From Hyalangium versicolor (GTDB lineage: Bacteria > Myxococcota > Myxococcia > Myxococcales > Myxococcaceae): a stretch of 64,000 nt of DNA. A program made the position numbers and the translations under genes. The notes below the pieces were generated by a model. That model saw only the letters and a list, made by a program, of their open reading frames with translations. It did not search any database and had not been told where the DNA came from. This document shows, piece by piece, positions 16,982-33,871 of the stretch. The stretch covers positions 236,297 to 300,296 of the forward strand of contig NZ_JAHXBF010000014.1 of assembly GCF_020103695.1 (NCBI RefSeq), written 5' to 3'. Position 1 is the stretch's first letter. Every line of letters starts with the position of its first letter.

Positions 16982-18184
16982 CTACCCGAGCAGCGACGTG
17001 ACGAGCGCCGGGAAGTCCGTGGCCGCAGGCAAGCGGCCCTCTGCGTGCTCAGGTCGACCGCCGCCTCGCCCTCCAGCGGCCTCCGCCAGACGCTTGAGGA
17101 AGGCACCGCACCCGAAGCTCGAGCCACTCCCCCGGGCAATCAGCACCGCGAGCCCCTCGGGAGTACGGCCCGCGAGCAACACCACCGCCTCGGGCTTGGA
17201 CGTGAGCCTGGCCGCGATCGCACGCAGCGACTCGGGGCCGGCGCCATCGAGCACCGCCACCACCCGGTGCTCCGGAGACTTCTCCAGCGCAGCGGCCAGC
17301 TCCACCGCGGCCTGATCGGCCAGCTTCGCCCGAACCGCTCCCAGCGCCTCGCGCGCATCCGTCAGCTCCCGGCGGATCTTGTCGATGACCACTGGCACTT
17401 CGCCCGGGCCGCACGTGAAGGCACGGCTCAGGCCTCGGAGCGTCCCGGCCTCCTGCCACAGCTCGCTCCGAGCCCGGCGCCCCGCGGAGAACACAACGCG
17501 CCCCTTGCCCTTGTAGCGCTCCACCGCCAGCACCCGGATCATCCCCACCTGCGCCGAGCCCGTGCAGTGCGTCCCACCACACGGAGACACATCGAAGTCC
17601 CCGATCTGCACCACGCGGATGTTCTCGGTCACCTTCGGCTTGCGCCGCAGCGGCAGCTCCGCCAGCTCCTCGGGCGTGGGGAAGAAGGACCGGATCCTCA
17701 CGTCGTCATCGATGACGGCGTTGCATAGCTCCTCCGCCTCGGCGACCTTGGATTCCTCGAGCACGTCCACATCAAAATCAATGGTGCACAGCGTCTCGCC
17801 CAGGCGCGACGACACGGTGTTCGCGTTCGCCACATCCACGAGCGCACGCGAGAGCATGTGCTGGCCGGTGTGCAGCGCCATGTGCACGCGGCGGCGAGCC
17901 TTGTCGATCTCGCCCGCCAGCTCGGCTCCCAGCTCGGGGAGCGTCTTCCCCTCGGGAATTTCCAGCACATGGTGAACGACGCCCGCGTCATCCACCTGCA
18001 CATCCTTCACCGCGAGGCCGCCCAGCACCCCGCGATCGGCCATCTGGCCTCCCGCCTCGGGATAGAAGGCCGTGCGATCCAGCACGACGGACGGAGCCCC
18101 GTTCCACGAGGCGTGGGCCACCACCCGACCCGTGAAGTGGTGCAGGAAGGGATCGGCGAAGTAGAGACGTTCCGAGGGAGACAT
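16982..18184 (-). CDS. alanyl-tRNA editing protein AlaX-L-like (AlaRS second-additional-domain family)
   Basis: The Zn-binding editing motifs HxxxH (HTGQHML) and CGGTHC are present, with a C-terminal DHHA1-like Gly-rich region. The start is chosen at ATG 18182-18184, preceded by GGAGGA; the ORF is open to 18205. Confidence 0.75.
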   Translation of the reverse strand: MSPSERLYFADPFLHHFTGRVVAHASWNGAPSVVLDRTAFYPEAGGQMADRGVLGGLAVKDVQVDDAGVVHHVLEIPEGKTLPELGAELAGEIDKARRRVHMALHTGQHMLSRALVDVANANTVSSRLGETLCTIDFDVDVLEESKVAEAEELCNAVIDDDVRIRSFFPTPEELAELPLRRKPKVTENIRVVQIGDFDVSPCGGTHCTGSAQVGMIRVLAVERYKGKGRVVFSAGRRARSELWQEAGTLRGLSRAFTCGPGEVPVVIDKIRRELTDAREALGAVRAKLADQAAVELAAALEKSPEHRVVAVLDGAGPESLRAIAARLTSKPEAVVLLAGRTPEGLAVLIARGSGSSFGCGAFLKRLAEAAGGRGGGRPEHAEGRLPAATDFPALVTSLLG

Positions 18185-18354
18185 GGGTTCCTCCAGGGAT
18201 AACACGTGCCTGCGCCCCTTCTTCCGCCCCCTCCCCCTTCCCTGACGCAGTGCGAAACGAGTTCAGCATTGAAAGCGCTTGCTTTCATACCTCGTTCCCC
18301 TGTTTCCATAGCAGCCAGACCGAGTGGCCTTTTCCCACTCGTTGCTTTCCCAGG

Positions 18355-18390
18355 TTGACGCGACGCATTAGCATGGGGCGTCGCGCAGTG
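18355..18390 (+). promoter_or_regulatory. inverted repeat CGCGACGC-N11-GCGTCGCG overlapping a TTGACG -35-like hexamer in the alaX-like/gltB divergent intergenic region
   Basis: TTGACG lies at 18355-18360. The 8-bp perfect inverted repeat arms lie at 18359-18366 and 18378-18385, 48 nt upstream of the gltB start. It is a candidate operator or 5'-UTR hairpin. Confidence 0.3.
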
Positions 18391-18432
18391 AACAAACTTG
18401 AGCCTCACCACAGAGCAGGAGGGAGTCAGCTG

Positions 18433-22992
<4,560 letters not shown>

Positions 22993-22995
22993 GTC

Positions 22996-24459
22996 ATGGG
23001 CAAGCCTACGGGTTTCATGGAGTGGTCCCGGGTGCCCGCCCCCAAGCGGGAGAAGGTCGAGCGCGTCCGCGATGCGCGCGAGTTCGTCCTCCCCCTGGCT
23101 CCCGACGAAGCGAAGCGGCAGGCCGGGCGCTGTATGGACTGTGGTGTCCCCTTCTGCCAACAAGGCTGTCCGCTGGGGAACCCCATCCCGGACTTCAATG
23201 AAGCGGTCTACCGGGGCCGCTGGAAGGCGGCGTTCCTCGCGCTGAGCAGCACCAACAACTTCCCGGAGTTCACGGGACGGTTGTGCCCGGCGCCTTGCGA
23301 GGCCGCCTGCGTGCTCTCCATCGATCAGAGTCCGATCACCATCGAGCAGATGGAGAAGGAGATCTCCGAGCGGGCCTTCGCGGAGGGTTGGGTCCAGCCG
23401 CAGCCTCCCGCGCGGCGCACCAGCAAGCGCGTGGCGGTGGTGGGCTCGGGGCCCGCGGGGTTGGCGGCGGCGGTCCAGCTCAACCGCGCCGGGCACTCCG
23501 TCACCGTGTACGAGCGGGACGATCGGCTCGGCGGACTGCTGCGCTACGGCATCCCGGACTTCAAGATGGAGAAGGGCGTGCTGGATCGGCGCCTGGCCAT
23601 CATGGAGGCCGAGGGCGTGGTGTTCCGCACGGGCGTGGACGTGGGCAAGGAGCCCGGCTATCGCGCCCTGCGCGAACAGTATGACGCGCTCGTGCTGGCA
23701 ATCGGGGCGCGCAAGGCTCGCGAGCTGGAGGTGCCGGGACGCGAGCTGGCGGGCGTGGTGCCAGCGATGGAGTATCTGGAGCACCAGAACCGGGTGGTCT
23801 CCGGGCTGGCGACGCTGGAGCCCCGGTGGAATGCCGAGGGTAAGCGAGTGCTCATCCTCGGCGGTGGCGACACGGGCTCGGACTGCCTGGGCACGGCGCT
23901 GCGGCAGGGCGCCAAGAGCGTGACGCAGGTGGAGCTGCTCCCGGCTCCGCCGACGATTCGAGCCGCGGACAATCCCTGGCCGCGCTGGCCGATGGTGTTC
24001 CGCACCTCCTCCAGCCAGGAGGAAGGCGGCGAGCGCTCGTTCGGGCTGATGACGAAGAGCCTGTCCGGGAGTGATGGACGGCTCCAGAAGCTTCACTCGG
24101 TGAAGGTGGAGCTCCTGCGACAGCCCAATGGAGGCACCCGGCTGGTGGAGGTGCCCGGCTCCGAGGAAACGCATGAAGTGGATCTGCTGATCCTCGCCAT
24201 GGGCTTCACGGGGCCGGACACGTCTGGGCTCCAGGAGGAGCTTGGAGTCCGGCTCACGCCTCGAGGTGCCGTGCAGGTGGATGCGCGCTTCGCGACCTCG
24301 GCGGATGGGGTGTTCTGCGCGGGGGATGCGAACCGGGGCGCCAGCCTCATCGTCTGGGCCATCTCGGACGGTCGCGAGGCAGCACGCTCCGCCGATGCCT
24401 GGCTCTCGGGTTCTTCGTCCGCACTGCCGACCCGCGGCAAGGACGCGTCGTTCGGCTGA
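22996..24459 (+). CDS. gltD: glutamate synthase small subunit (NADPH-dependent oxidoreductase)
   Basis: An Fe-S Cys cluster region (CMDCGVPFCQQGCP...CPAPCEAAC) is followed by a dinucleotide-binding site (VAVVGSGPAGLAAA). It starts 3 nt after gltB. Confidence 0.95.
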   Translation: MGKPTGFMEWSRVPAPKREKVERVRDAREFVLPLAPDEAKRQAGRCMDCGVPFCQQGCPLGNPIPDFNEAVYRGRWKAAFLALSSTNNFPEFTGRLCPAPCEAACVLSIDQSPITIEQMEKEISERAFAEGWVQPQPPARRTSKRVAVVGSGPAGLAAAVQLNRAGHSVTVYERDDRLGGLLRYGIPDFKMEKGVLDRRLAIMEAEGVVFRTGVDVGKEPGYRALREQYDALVLAIGARKARELEVPGRELAGVVPAMEYLEHQNRVVSGLATLEPRWNAEGKRVLILGGGDTGSDCLGTALRQGAKSVTQVELLPAPPTIRAADNPWPRWPMVFRTSSSQEEGGERSFGLMTKSLSGSDGRLQKLHSVKVELLRQPNGGTRLVEVPGSEETHEVDLLILAMGFTGPDTSGLQEELGVRLTPRGAVQVDARFATSADGVFCAGDANRGASLIVWAISDGREAARSADAWLSGSSSALPTRGKDASFG

Positions 24460-24480
24460 GCCTCCCAGGATGGAGCGTCT

Positions 24481-25317
24481 TCACCCTCCGCGGTGCTGAA
24501 GGCGCTCCATCTCGGCTTGGAGTTCCGTCAGGCGGCGCTCAATCTCCCTGCGCCTCCGCTCCTCCTCCTCGCGCCGCCGCTCCTCCACGGCAAGCCGACT
24601 CTCGGCCTCCTCCCGCCGCCTTACTTCTGTCTCGCGTTGCCGGGCCGTCTCCTCCAACTTCTCCAACGCCCGAGCCAGCAGTTCCTCGGACTCCAGCAGC
24701 AGCGCGTTGCCGGCCCAGACCTGCAGCCGCGCATTCACCACCTCGAACTCCAGTCCCAGCACCTCGGAATGAAACCGGCCCTGCCGCGGCTCCATGCGTG
24801 TGTACTTCCGCGCTCCCAGAGAGGCCAGATGGTAGGCCTCCAGCTTCTCCCGGGAGCGGTCGTAGATGAAGTACTCGGGGATGCCCACGCGCGCGTAGCG
24901 CTCCACGTTGTACTCGGCGTCCTTCTTCCGGTCGCCGCCCACGTGCACCTCCAGCACCCAATCCAACCCCTTGCCCTCATGGCTCACCACCCACTTGCCC
25001 CGCTCGTGCGGTTCCACATCCAGCACCGCCAGCAGGTCCGGCGCGAACCTCCGCTCGGCCGGGTAGTAAACAGCGACCTCCGAGCCCAGGTACACCTTGC
25101 GCCGCTGGTGGCGGAAGTAGCCCGCCAGCAGATCCTTCGCCCTCGCCTTGGCTCCGGAGTGCTTGTCGCCCTCCGGCATCGCCATCTCGTCCCACGTCAC
25201 CTCTCCAGGCAGTGACTCCACCACCTGGGCCTGCTCCTCGGACCCCATCGCCTCCCACTCTTCCTGCGTGGGGGCCTGGGGGAAGGTGCCTCCACGCTCA
25301 TCTGCGTGCCGTCCCAT
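24481..25317 (-). CDS. Uma2-family (DUF820) putative restriction-endonuclease-like protein with a charged coiled-coil C-terminal extension
   Basis: The Uma2 core is conserved (APDLLAVLDVEP...DAEYNVERYARVGIPEYFIYD). The C-terminal 60 aa are an E/R-rich heptad repeat (RREEAESRLAVEERRREEEERRRREIERRLTELQAEMERLQ). The start is chosen at the ATG at 25317; the ORF is open to 25368. Confidence 0.65.
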   Translation of the reverse strand: MGRHADERGGTFPQAPTQEEWEAMGSEEQAQVVESLPGEVTWDEMAMPEGDKHSGAKARAKDLLAGYFRHQRRKVYLGSEVAVYYPAERRFAPDLLAVLDVEPHERGKWVVSHEGKGLDWVLEVHVGGDRKKDAEYNVERYARVGIPEYFIYDRSREKLEAYHLASLGARKYTRMEPRQGRFHSEVLGLEFEVVNARLQVWAGNALLLESEELLARALEKLEETARQRETEVRRREEAESRLAVEERRREEEERRRREIERRLTELQAEMERLQHRGG

Positions 25318-25663
25318 GCTCGTAAGCGTGCGGTGGACAGGCTCGCGCGTCAATCGCCCCCGTCGCATCCCATGAGCAAGGTGTGGGCCATACGTCGCAA
25401 TTCGTGCTCTCCGAGCGACACCGTGCGGGGCTGTCTCTGATTGCGTTCTTTCACCGTCTCATTCCGCGGACTCCAATCCACGAAGCTGGACGGCGGGCGA
25501 GTCGTCACGGCACTCAGAGCCGCTTCAGACACTTTGTCACGCGGGAGGAGACGAAACCCGGCCTGACTCCAACTGTGCCGCTCGGAGGACCGCTGGGAAT
25601 CGCGGTTGGTACTGGCCTTGCTCTGGGTGGTCCTCGTCCACGCCCACACCCCGGAGGCCGCTC

Positions 25664-26557
25664 ATGTCCGCTCTCGTCCGCAGTTCATTCCACGCGTTCA
25701 CCCTCGCCATGCTCGCGTGCGCATGCACGCTCGTGGCGCAGACGATCAACACCGTGGTGAGCACCTCCCTCCTCCCGCTGCCCACGGCTCCCATCCTGTC
25801 TGGCCCCAAGCCCCCCGCAGCCACAGCTGGCACGACCCCTCCGCTCTCCGCGGAGCTGATGGCCCGGCAGATGGGCCTGTCGCTGAAGGAGCCCTCCCAG
25901 GCCATCGCCGAGCCCCCCGTCGAAGCGCAACCGTCACAGCTGGCGCTCAAGCTGCTCGGGACGATGACGTCGACCTCGTCGGGCCTGTCGCTGGCTTCCA
26001 TCTACGATGATGCCCAGCGCCGCACCCGCACCGTGTGGGCGGGCAGCATGCTGCAAGGAGCCGAAGTCCTGAGCATCGAGCGCACGCGCGTACTGCTCTC
26101 GAATGGAGGCCGAGTGGAGATCCTGGACATCCTCTCCGTCCCCGCCACTCCTGGATCGACTCCCCCTCCCCCGTCTCCGTCCGCACTGGCTGGAGCCTCA
26201 TCGGGGTTCGGCTCCACCATCCGGCAGACAGGGCCAGAGTCCTACTCGATCCAACGCCAGGACGTGGAGAACGCGCTCGCCAACATGAACCAGCTCGCCA
26301 TGCAGGCTCGGATCGTCCCCTCCTTCCGCGGTGGGACAGCCCAGGGCTTCAAGCTCTTCGCCATGAAGCCGGACTCCCTCTACGCCCGGCTCGGCATGAA
26401 GAACGGGGATATCCTCCAGCGCATCAACGGCTTCACGATGGACGATCCGGCCCGAGCCCTCGAAGCCTACAGCCACCTGAAGGGCGCCTCCCGCATCGAA
26501 CTCGAGATCGAGCGCGACGGACAGCCGCTGCGCAAGACGTACACCGTGGAGAACTGA
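25664..26557 (+). CDS. GspC-like protein (N-terminal TM anchor, Pro-rich linker, C-terminal PDZ domain)
   Basis: An N-terminal hydrophobic anchor and Pro/Thr-rich linker lead to a C-terminal PDZ-like region (FKLFAMKPDSLYARLGMKNGDILQRINGFTMDD). SD GGAGG lies 8 nt upstream. No other T2SS genes are adjacent. Confidence 0.5.
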   Translation: MSALVRSSFHAFTLAMLACACTLVAQTINTVVSTSLLPLPTAPILSGPKPPAATAGTTPPLSAELMARQMGLSLKEPSQAIAEPPVEAQPSQLALKLLGTMTSTSSGLSLASIYDDAQRRTRTVWAGSMLQGAEVLSIERTRVLLSNGGRVEILDILSVPATPGSTPPPPSPSALAGASSGFGSTIRQTGPESYSIQRQDVENALANMNQLAMQARIVPSFRGGTAQGFKLFAMKPDSLYARLGMKNGDILQRINGFTMDDPARALEAYSHLKGASRIELEIERDGQPLRKTYTVEN

Positions 26558-26567
26558 TGTCCCTGGC

Positions 26568-27737
26568 TCACTGAGCCGGAAGATTAGAGCGCAGGACCCT
26601 CACGGCGTTCTCTCCCGCGATCTTCCGGATATCTCCTTCGCCGAGTCCCTCCGCGATCAGCGCGTCCGTCAGCTCGACCAGACCCGACACATCGAACGGA
26701 GCCTCCACGGCTCCGTCGTAGTCCGAGCCCAACCCCACGTGATCGATCCCTGCCACAGACACCGCGTGCCGGACCGCTCGGGCAATGGCCCTCGCGTCCT
26801 TTCCACACGTCGCGGTGCTCCAGAACCCGATCCCGACGACGCCCCCGTTCCGCGCCACCGCGCGGAGCTGCTCATCGCTCAAGTTCCGGTTGTTGTCGCA
26901 CGTGCCCTTCACCCCTGTGTGAGAGACCACGACGGGATGGGTGGCGATGGCAAGCACCTCCGAGATCGTCTGCCGGGATGCATGCGCCAGATCGAGCGTC
27001 ATCCCCTTCTCCTCCATCCGCTTCAAGACGGCACGCCCGAGCTCCGTCAGGCCTCCCTTCTTGACGCCATGGGCCGACCCGCTGATCTCGTTGTCGAAGA
27101 AGTGGGCGAACCCCAACATCCGGAACCCGGCGGCGTAGAGCTCATCCACCGCCTCGACACGCCCCTCCAGCGCATGCATCCCCTCCAGCGCCAGGAACGC
27201 GCCCACCCGGCCCTTGTCCTTCTCCCGCTCGGCCAGGAACTGGTCCAGCTCCGCCCGCGTTCGGATGAACACGAGCTTCCCGTCCGAGTCCTCCGCCGTC
27301 CTTGCGAGCTTCTTCGCCTCGTACAGCGCGCGGGCCTCCAGGCTGAACCACGTCGGCGGCGGCCAGCGCTGAGCCATCGAGAGCAACCGGACGTCATCCG
27401 TGGTGTCGTCGTTGCGCTCGGTGTTCATGTTCTTTGGCGTCTTGGTGACGACGCCAAAGACCTGAAGGGCGACGTTGCCCTCGATGAGGCGAGGCACATC
27501 GACGTGCCCTTGCGTCGATCGCTTGTTCAGATCCCGGTTCCACAGCAGCGGGTCCGCGTGGAGATCCGTGATGAGCAGTCCCGAATGGAGCGAGGCCCCG
27601 CGCTTCGTCGGGGTGTAGGGCGTCTTCCGGATGACGCCATTCATCCGCGCAGCGACGCGGCGGGCCTGGATGTCCAGCCCTATGAGCACGCCGGAGAGCA
27701 CGACGACGACAGCTCCCAGGATGATCCACTTCTTCAT
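26568..27737 (-). CDS. membrane dipeptidase (peptidase family M19)
   Basis: M19 signatures are present (HxD region ITDLHADPL, EGMHALEG, VVVSHTGVKG, GIDHVGLGSDYDG). The start is chosen at MKKWIILGAV, an N-terminal TM anchor; the ORF is open to 27827. Confidence 0.8.
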   Translation of the reverse strand: MKKWIILGAVVVVLSGVLIGLDIQARRVAARMNGVIRKTPYTPTKRGASLHSGLLITDLHADPLLWNRDLNKRSTQGHVDVPRLIEGNVALQVFGVVTKTPKNMNTERNDDTTDDVRLLSMAQRWPPPTWFSLEARALYEAKKLARTAEDSDGKLVFIRTRAELDQFLAEREKDKGRVGAFLALEGMHALEGRVEAVDELYAAGFRMLGFAHFFDNEISGSAHGVKKGGLTELGRAVLKRMEEKGMTLDLAHASRQTISEVLAIATHPVVVSHTGVKGTCDNNRNLSDEQLRAVARNGGVVGIGFWSTATCGKDARAIARAVRHAVSVAGIDHVGLGSDYDGAVEAPFDVSGLVELTDALIAEGLGEGDIRKIAGENAVRVLRSNLPAQ

Positions 27738-27845
27738 GGCATCCTCCACGACTGAGACATGCGCATCATCGTCCAGAGTGCCAGTGCCTTGTCGGGCAGG
27801 CATGTATCGGCGAGGCTCCCTCGGCACTCTCTACACCGAGGCTCC

Positions 27846-29645
27846 ATGTACACGCTGCGTGCACCGGTCTCCCTCTTCGCGTTCCTACTGCTGTCTTCCG
27901 CCTGCACCGCTTCGCACCCACCCTCTCAGACCGAGGCCACCGCCTCCGTCTCCGCCCGTTCGGAGAAGGCCGGGAGCCTGTCCCCCGCCCAGGTAGCGCT
28001 GCGCTCGTTCGTGGGTGCCCACTTCCAGGACACCTTCCGGCGCAACTCCACCCAGGCCACCCAGGCCGGCATCCACTCCTATGACGGGGAGCTTCGGGGC
28101 TTCACCCCCGAGGAGCGCGCCGCCTATGTCGCTCAGCTCCAGGCCGAACTCAAGGCCCTGCCGCAGCAGGTGGATCGCACCGCCCTGCCCCCGCTCGACC
28201 AGGCTGACTACGACATCCTCGAGAACCACCTGCGCGCTCGCATCCTGGAGATCGACACCATCCGGGCCTGGGAGCGCAACCCCAACAGCTGGCTCAGCAC
28301 CGCCTCGATCGCTGTCTTCCAGCTCATCAATCGGGACTTCGCCCCGCTCGACGAGCGCATGCGCTCGGCCGTGAGCCGCATGAAGCAGATCCCCGCCGTG
28401 TTCGCCACGGCCAAGGCCACGCTGAAGGACACGCCGAAGCTGTGGACCGAGATCGCCATCATGCAGGCCCAGGGCACCCGCGGCCTCTACGCGGACACGC
28501 TGCCCAAGGCCTTCGCCCCGGTGCAGGATGCCGCCCTCCAGGAAGCCTTCCGCCAGGAGCAGGCCCGCTGCCTGGCGGCCATCGACGACTTCATCCGCTT
28601 CCTGCGCGAGGAGCACCTGCCGCGCTCGAAAGGGGACTTCGCCATCGGCGAGGACCTCTACCGCCAGAAGCTCCAGTACGAGGAGGGCGTCACCGAGAGC
28701 ATCGACTCACTGCTCACGTGGGGCCGGGCGGAGATCCAGCGCACCCAGGCCCAGTTCCGAGAGGTGGCGGCCCGCCTCGCTCCCGGCAAGGCCCCCATGG
28801 ACGTGTACCGCGACCTCGGCAAGGAGCACCCCACCCCGGCCGAGCTGGTCCCCACCACGCGCGCCACGCTGGAGGAGATACGCCAGTACCTCGTGGACAA
28901 GCACATCATCACCATCCCCAGCGAGGTGCGCGCCCTGGTGGCCGAGACACCCGCCTTCAGCCGATCGCTCTCGTTCGCCAGCATGAGCATGCCCGGCCCC
29001 TTCGAGACGCGCGCCACCGAGGCCTACTACTACGTGACTCCGCCGGAGCCCACGTGGAACGCCGAGCAGACCGAGCAGCACATGAGCTTCTACAACCGCT
29101 ACGCCCTGCCGCTCGTCTCCATCCATGAGGCCTACCCAGGCCACTACGTGCAGTTCCTCTGGACGAACCACAAGGTGGATTCGAAGGTGCGCCAGTTGCT
29201 GGGATCGAACTCCTTCACGGAGGGCTGGGGCCTCTACACCGAGCAGATGATGCTCGACGAGGGCTTCGGTGGCACCGGAGCCAGCGCGGACAAGCTGCGG
29301 CTCAATCAGCTCGCGCTCTACCTGCAGCGGCTGGCCCGGTACATGGTGGGCCTCTCACTCCACACGCGCGGGATGACCTATGAGCAGGCCGTGCGCTACT
29401 TCGAGGAGGAGGCGTACATGACGCACGTCAATGCCGAGAGAGAGGCGCGCCGTGGCACCTCGGATCCCACCTACCTCGTCTACGTGCTGGGCAAGAAGAT
29501 GCTGATGGAGCTGCGCGAGGAGGCCCGTGCGAAGTGGGGCGCGGACTTCACGCTCCAGCGCTTCCACGATCAGGTCGTCTCCTACGGCTACCCGCCCGTG
29601 CCCATCCTGCGCCGGCTGATGTTCGGCGAGGAGCGCGCCCCCTGA
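27846..29645 (+). CDS. DUF885-family lipoprotein (putative metallopeptidase-like)
   Basis: The start MYTLRAPVSLFAFLLLSSACTAS gives a lipoprotein signal. The conserved C-terminal motif IHEAYPGHYVQF is characteristic of DUF885. The ORF is open from 27759. Confidence 0.7.
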   Translation: MYTLRAPVSLFAFLLLSSACTASHPPSQTEATASVSARSEKAGSLSPAQVALRSFVGAHFQDTFRRNSTQATQAGIHSYDGELRGFTPEERAAYVAQLQAELKALPQQVDRTALPPLDQADYDILENHLRARILEIDTIRAWERNPNSWLSTASIAVFQLINRDFAPLDERMRSAVSRMKQIPAVFATAKATLKDTPKLWTEIAIMQAQGTRGLYADTLPKAFAPVQDAALQEAFRQEQARCLAAIDDFIRFLREEHLPRSKGDFAIGEDLYRQKLQYEEGVTESIDSLLTWGRAEIQRTQAQFREVAARLAPGKAPMDVYRDLGKEHPTPAELVPTTRATLEEIRQYLVDKHIITIPSEVRALVAETPAFSRSLSFASMSMPGPFETRATEAYYYVTPPEPTWNAEQTEQHMSFYNRYALPLVSIHEAYPGHYVQFLWTNHKVDSKVRQLLGSNSFTEGWGLYTEQMMLDEGFGGTGASADKLRLNQLALYLQRLARYMVGLSLHTRGMTYEQAVRYFEEEAYMTHVNAEREARRGTSDPTYLVYVLGKKMLMELREEARAKWGADFTLQRFHDQVVSYGYPPVPILRRLMFGEERAP

Positions 29646-29682
29646 GGCAGGCGCGCTCCGGATCCGTGCAAGTGCGCCGCGG

Positions 29683-32922
<3,240 letters not shown>

Positions 32923-33054
32923 CGGGGGGGACCCCATAGCAACGTCTGTCCGCACATGCACGCGGTGAGTGAACCGGCTTCGCCGCCTGCTTCAGGCTGA
33001 ACCGGGCCATCCGGGCGAGGCTCTGGTAGAACGCGGGCGCTCCCTGGAGGTCCC

Positions 33055-33777
33055 ATGCGTCGCTGGTTCCTGGCCTTGCTCGTCATCGTCGCTTCTTCCG
33101 CCCTCGCCCAGGCTCCCGAGGCCGCCGCCACACCCACACCGGAGGCCCCCAAGGAAGCACCCAAGGAAGCACCCGCCCCTCCAGCCGAGGCCAAGCCGAC
33201 TCCGAGCGCGCCAGCTCCGAGCGCACCAGCTCCGAGCACACCGGCTCCCAGCGAGCCAGCTCCGAGCGCACCGGCTCCCACTCCGAAGGCGCCGCCTCCC
33301 GCCCCTGCGGCTCCCCCGACTCCTGCGGCGAAGCCACCGGCTGCCCCGCCGACAGCCCCTCCAGCGGCGGCGCCTCTGACGGATGACGAGGCCTCCCGGC
33401 GCGACAATGTGAAGACCGCGGCCCGTTACATCTTCGAGAACTTGCTGAACGGAGATGTCCGGAAGGTCACGAGCGAGCTGCTCTACCCGTTCCAACTCGA
33501 GGACAAGCGGTACAACACCCCCGAGGAGCTGGTGGCGGCGTGGGTGAAGCAACTGCGCACGAAGCGCACGGACCTCATCACGCTCTACGACATCGAGGTC
33601 CTCTCCCTCGCGGAGATGGAGAAGAAGTACGGCAAGCCTCCGGCGCGGCTCGGGATTGGCAACCTGAGAGAGCCGGACATCTATGCGGCGGTGGGCAACC
33701 TCTCCGGGCATGCGGCGGTGCTGCTCTTCCGCGCCTCGACGGCCGCTCCTCCGAAGGCCTTCGCCTACACGGACTGA
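33055..33777 (+). CDS. secreted Pro/Ala-rich protein of unknown function
   Basis: A signal peptide (LALLVIVASSALAQA) is followed by a ~100-aa PAPS/APAP low-complexity linker encoded by 18-nt DNA repeats, then a ~120-aa globular C-terminal domain. Confidence 0.55.
   Translation: MRRWFLALLVIVASSALAQAPEAAATPTPEAPKEAPKEAPAPPAEAKPTPSAPAPSAPAPSTPAPSEPAPSAPAPTPKAPPPAPAAPPTPAAKPPAAPPTAPPAAAPLTDDEASRRDNVKTAARYIFENLLNGDVRKVTSELLYPFQLEDKRYNTPEELVAAWVKQLRTKRTDLITLYDIEVLSLAEMEKKYGKPPARLGIGNLREPDIYAAVGNLSGHAAVLLFRASTAAPPKAFAYTD
33185..33300 (+). repeat. 18-nt tandem repeats (gcgccagctccgagc-type) encoding (A/S)PAPS units
   Basis: gcgccagctccgagcgcaccagctccgagcacaccggctcccagcgagccagctccgagcgcaccggctccc is a low-complexity coding repeat. 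Confidence 0.7.
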
Positions 33778-33871
33778 AGTGCTCCGCTGACCTACCAGCC
33801 CGCCGTGGAGTTCACTGCGGGCTCGGGGAATGCGAGCAGGCAAAGCCCGAGCAGATTAGAGACCTCTCGTC

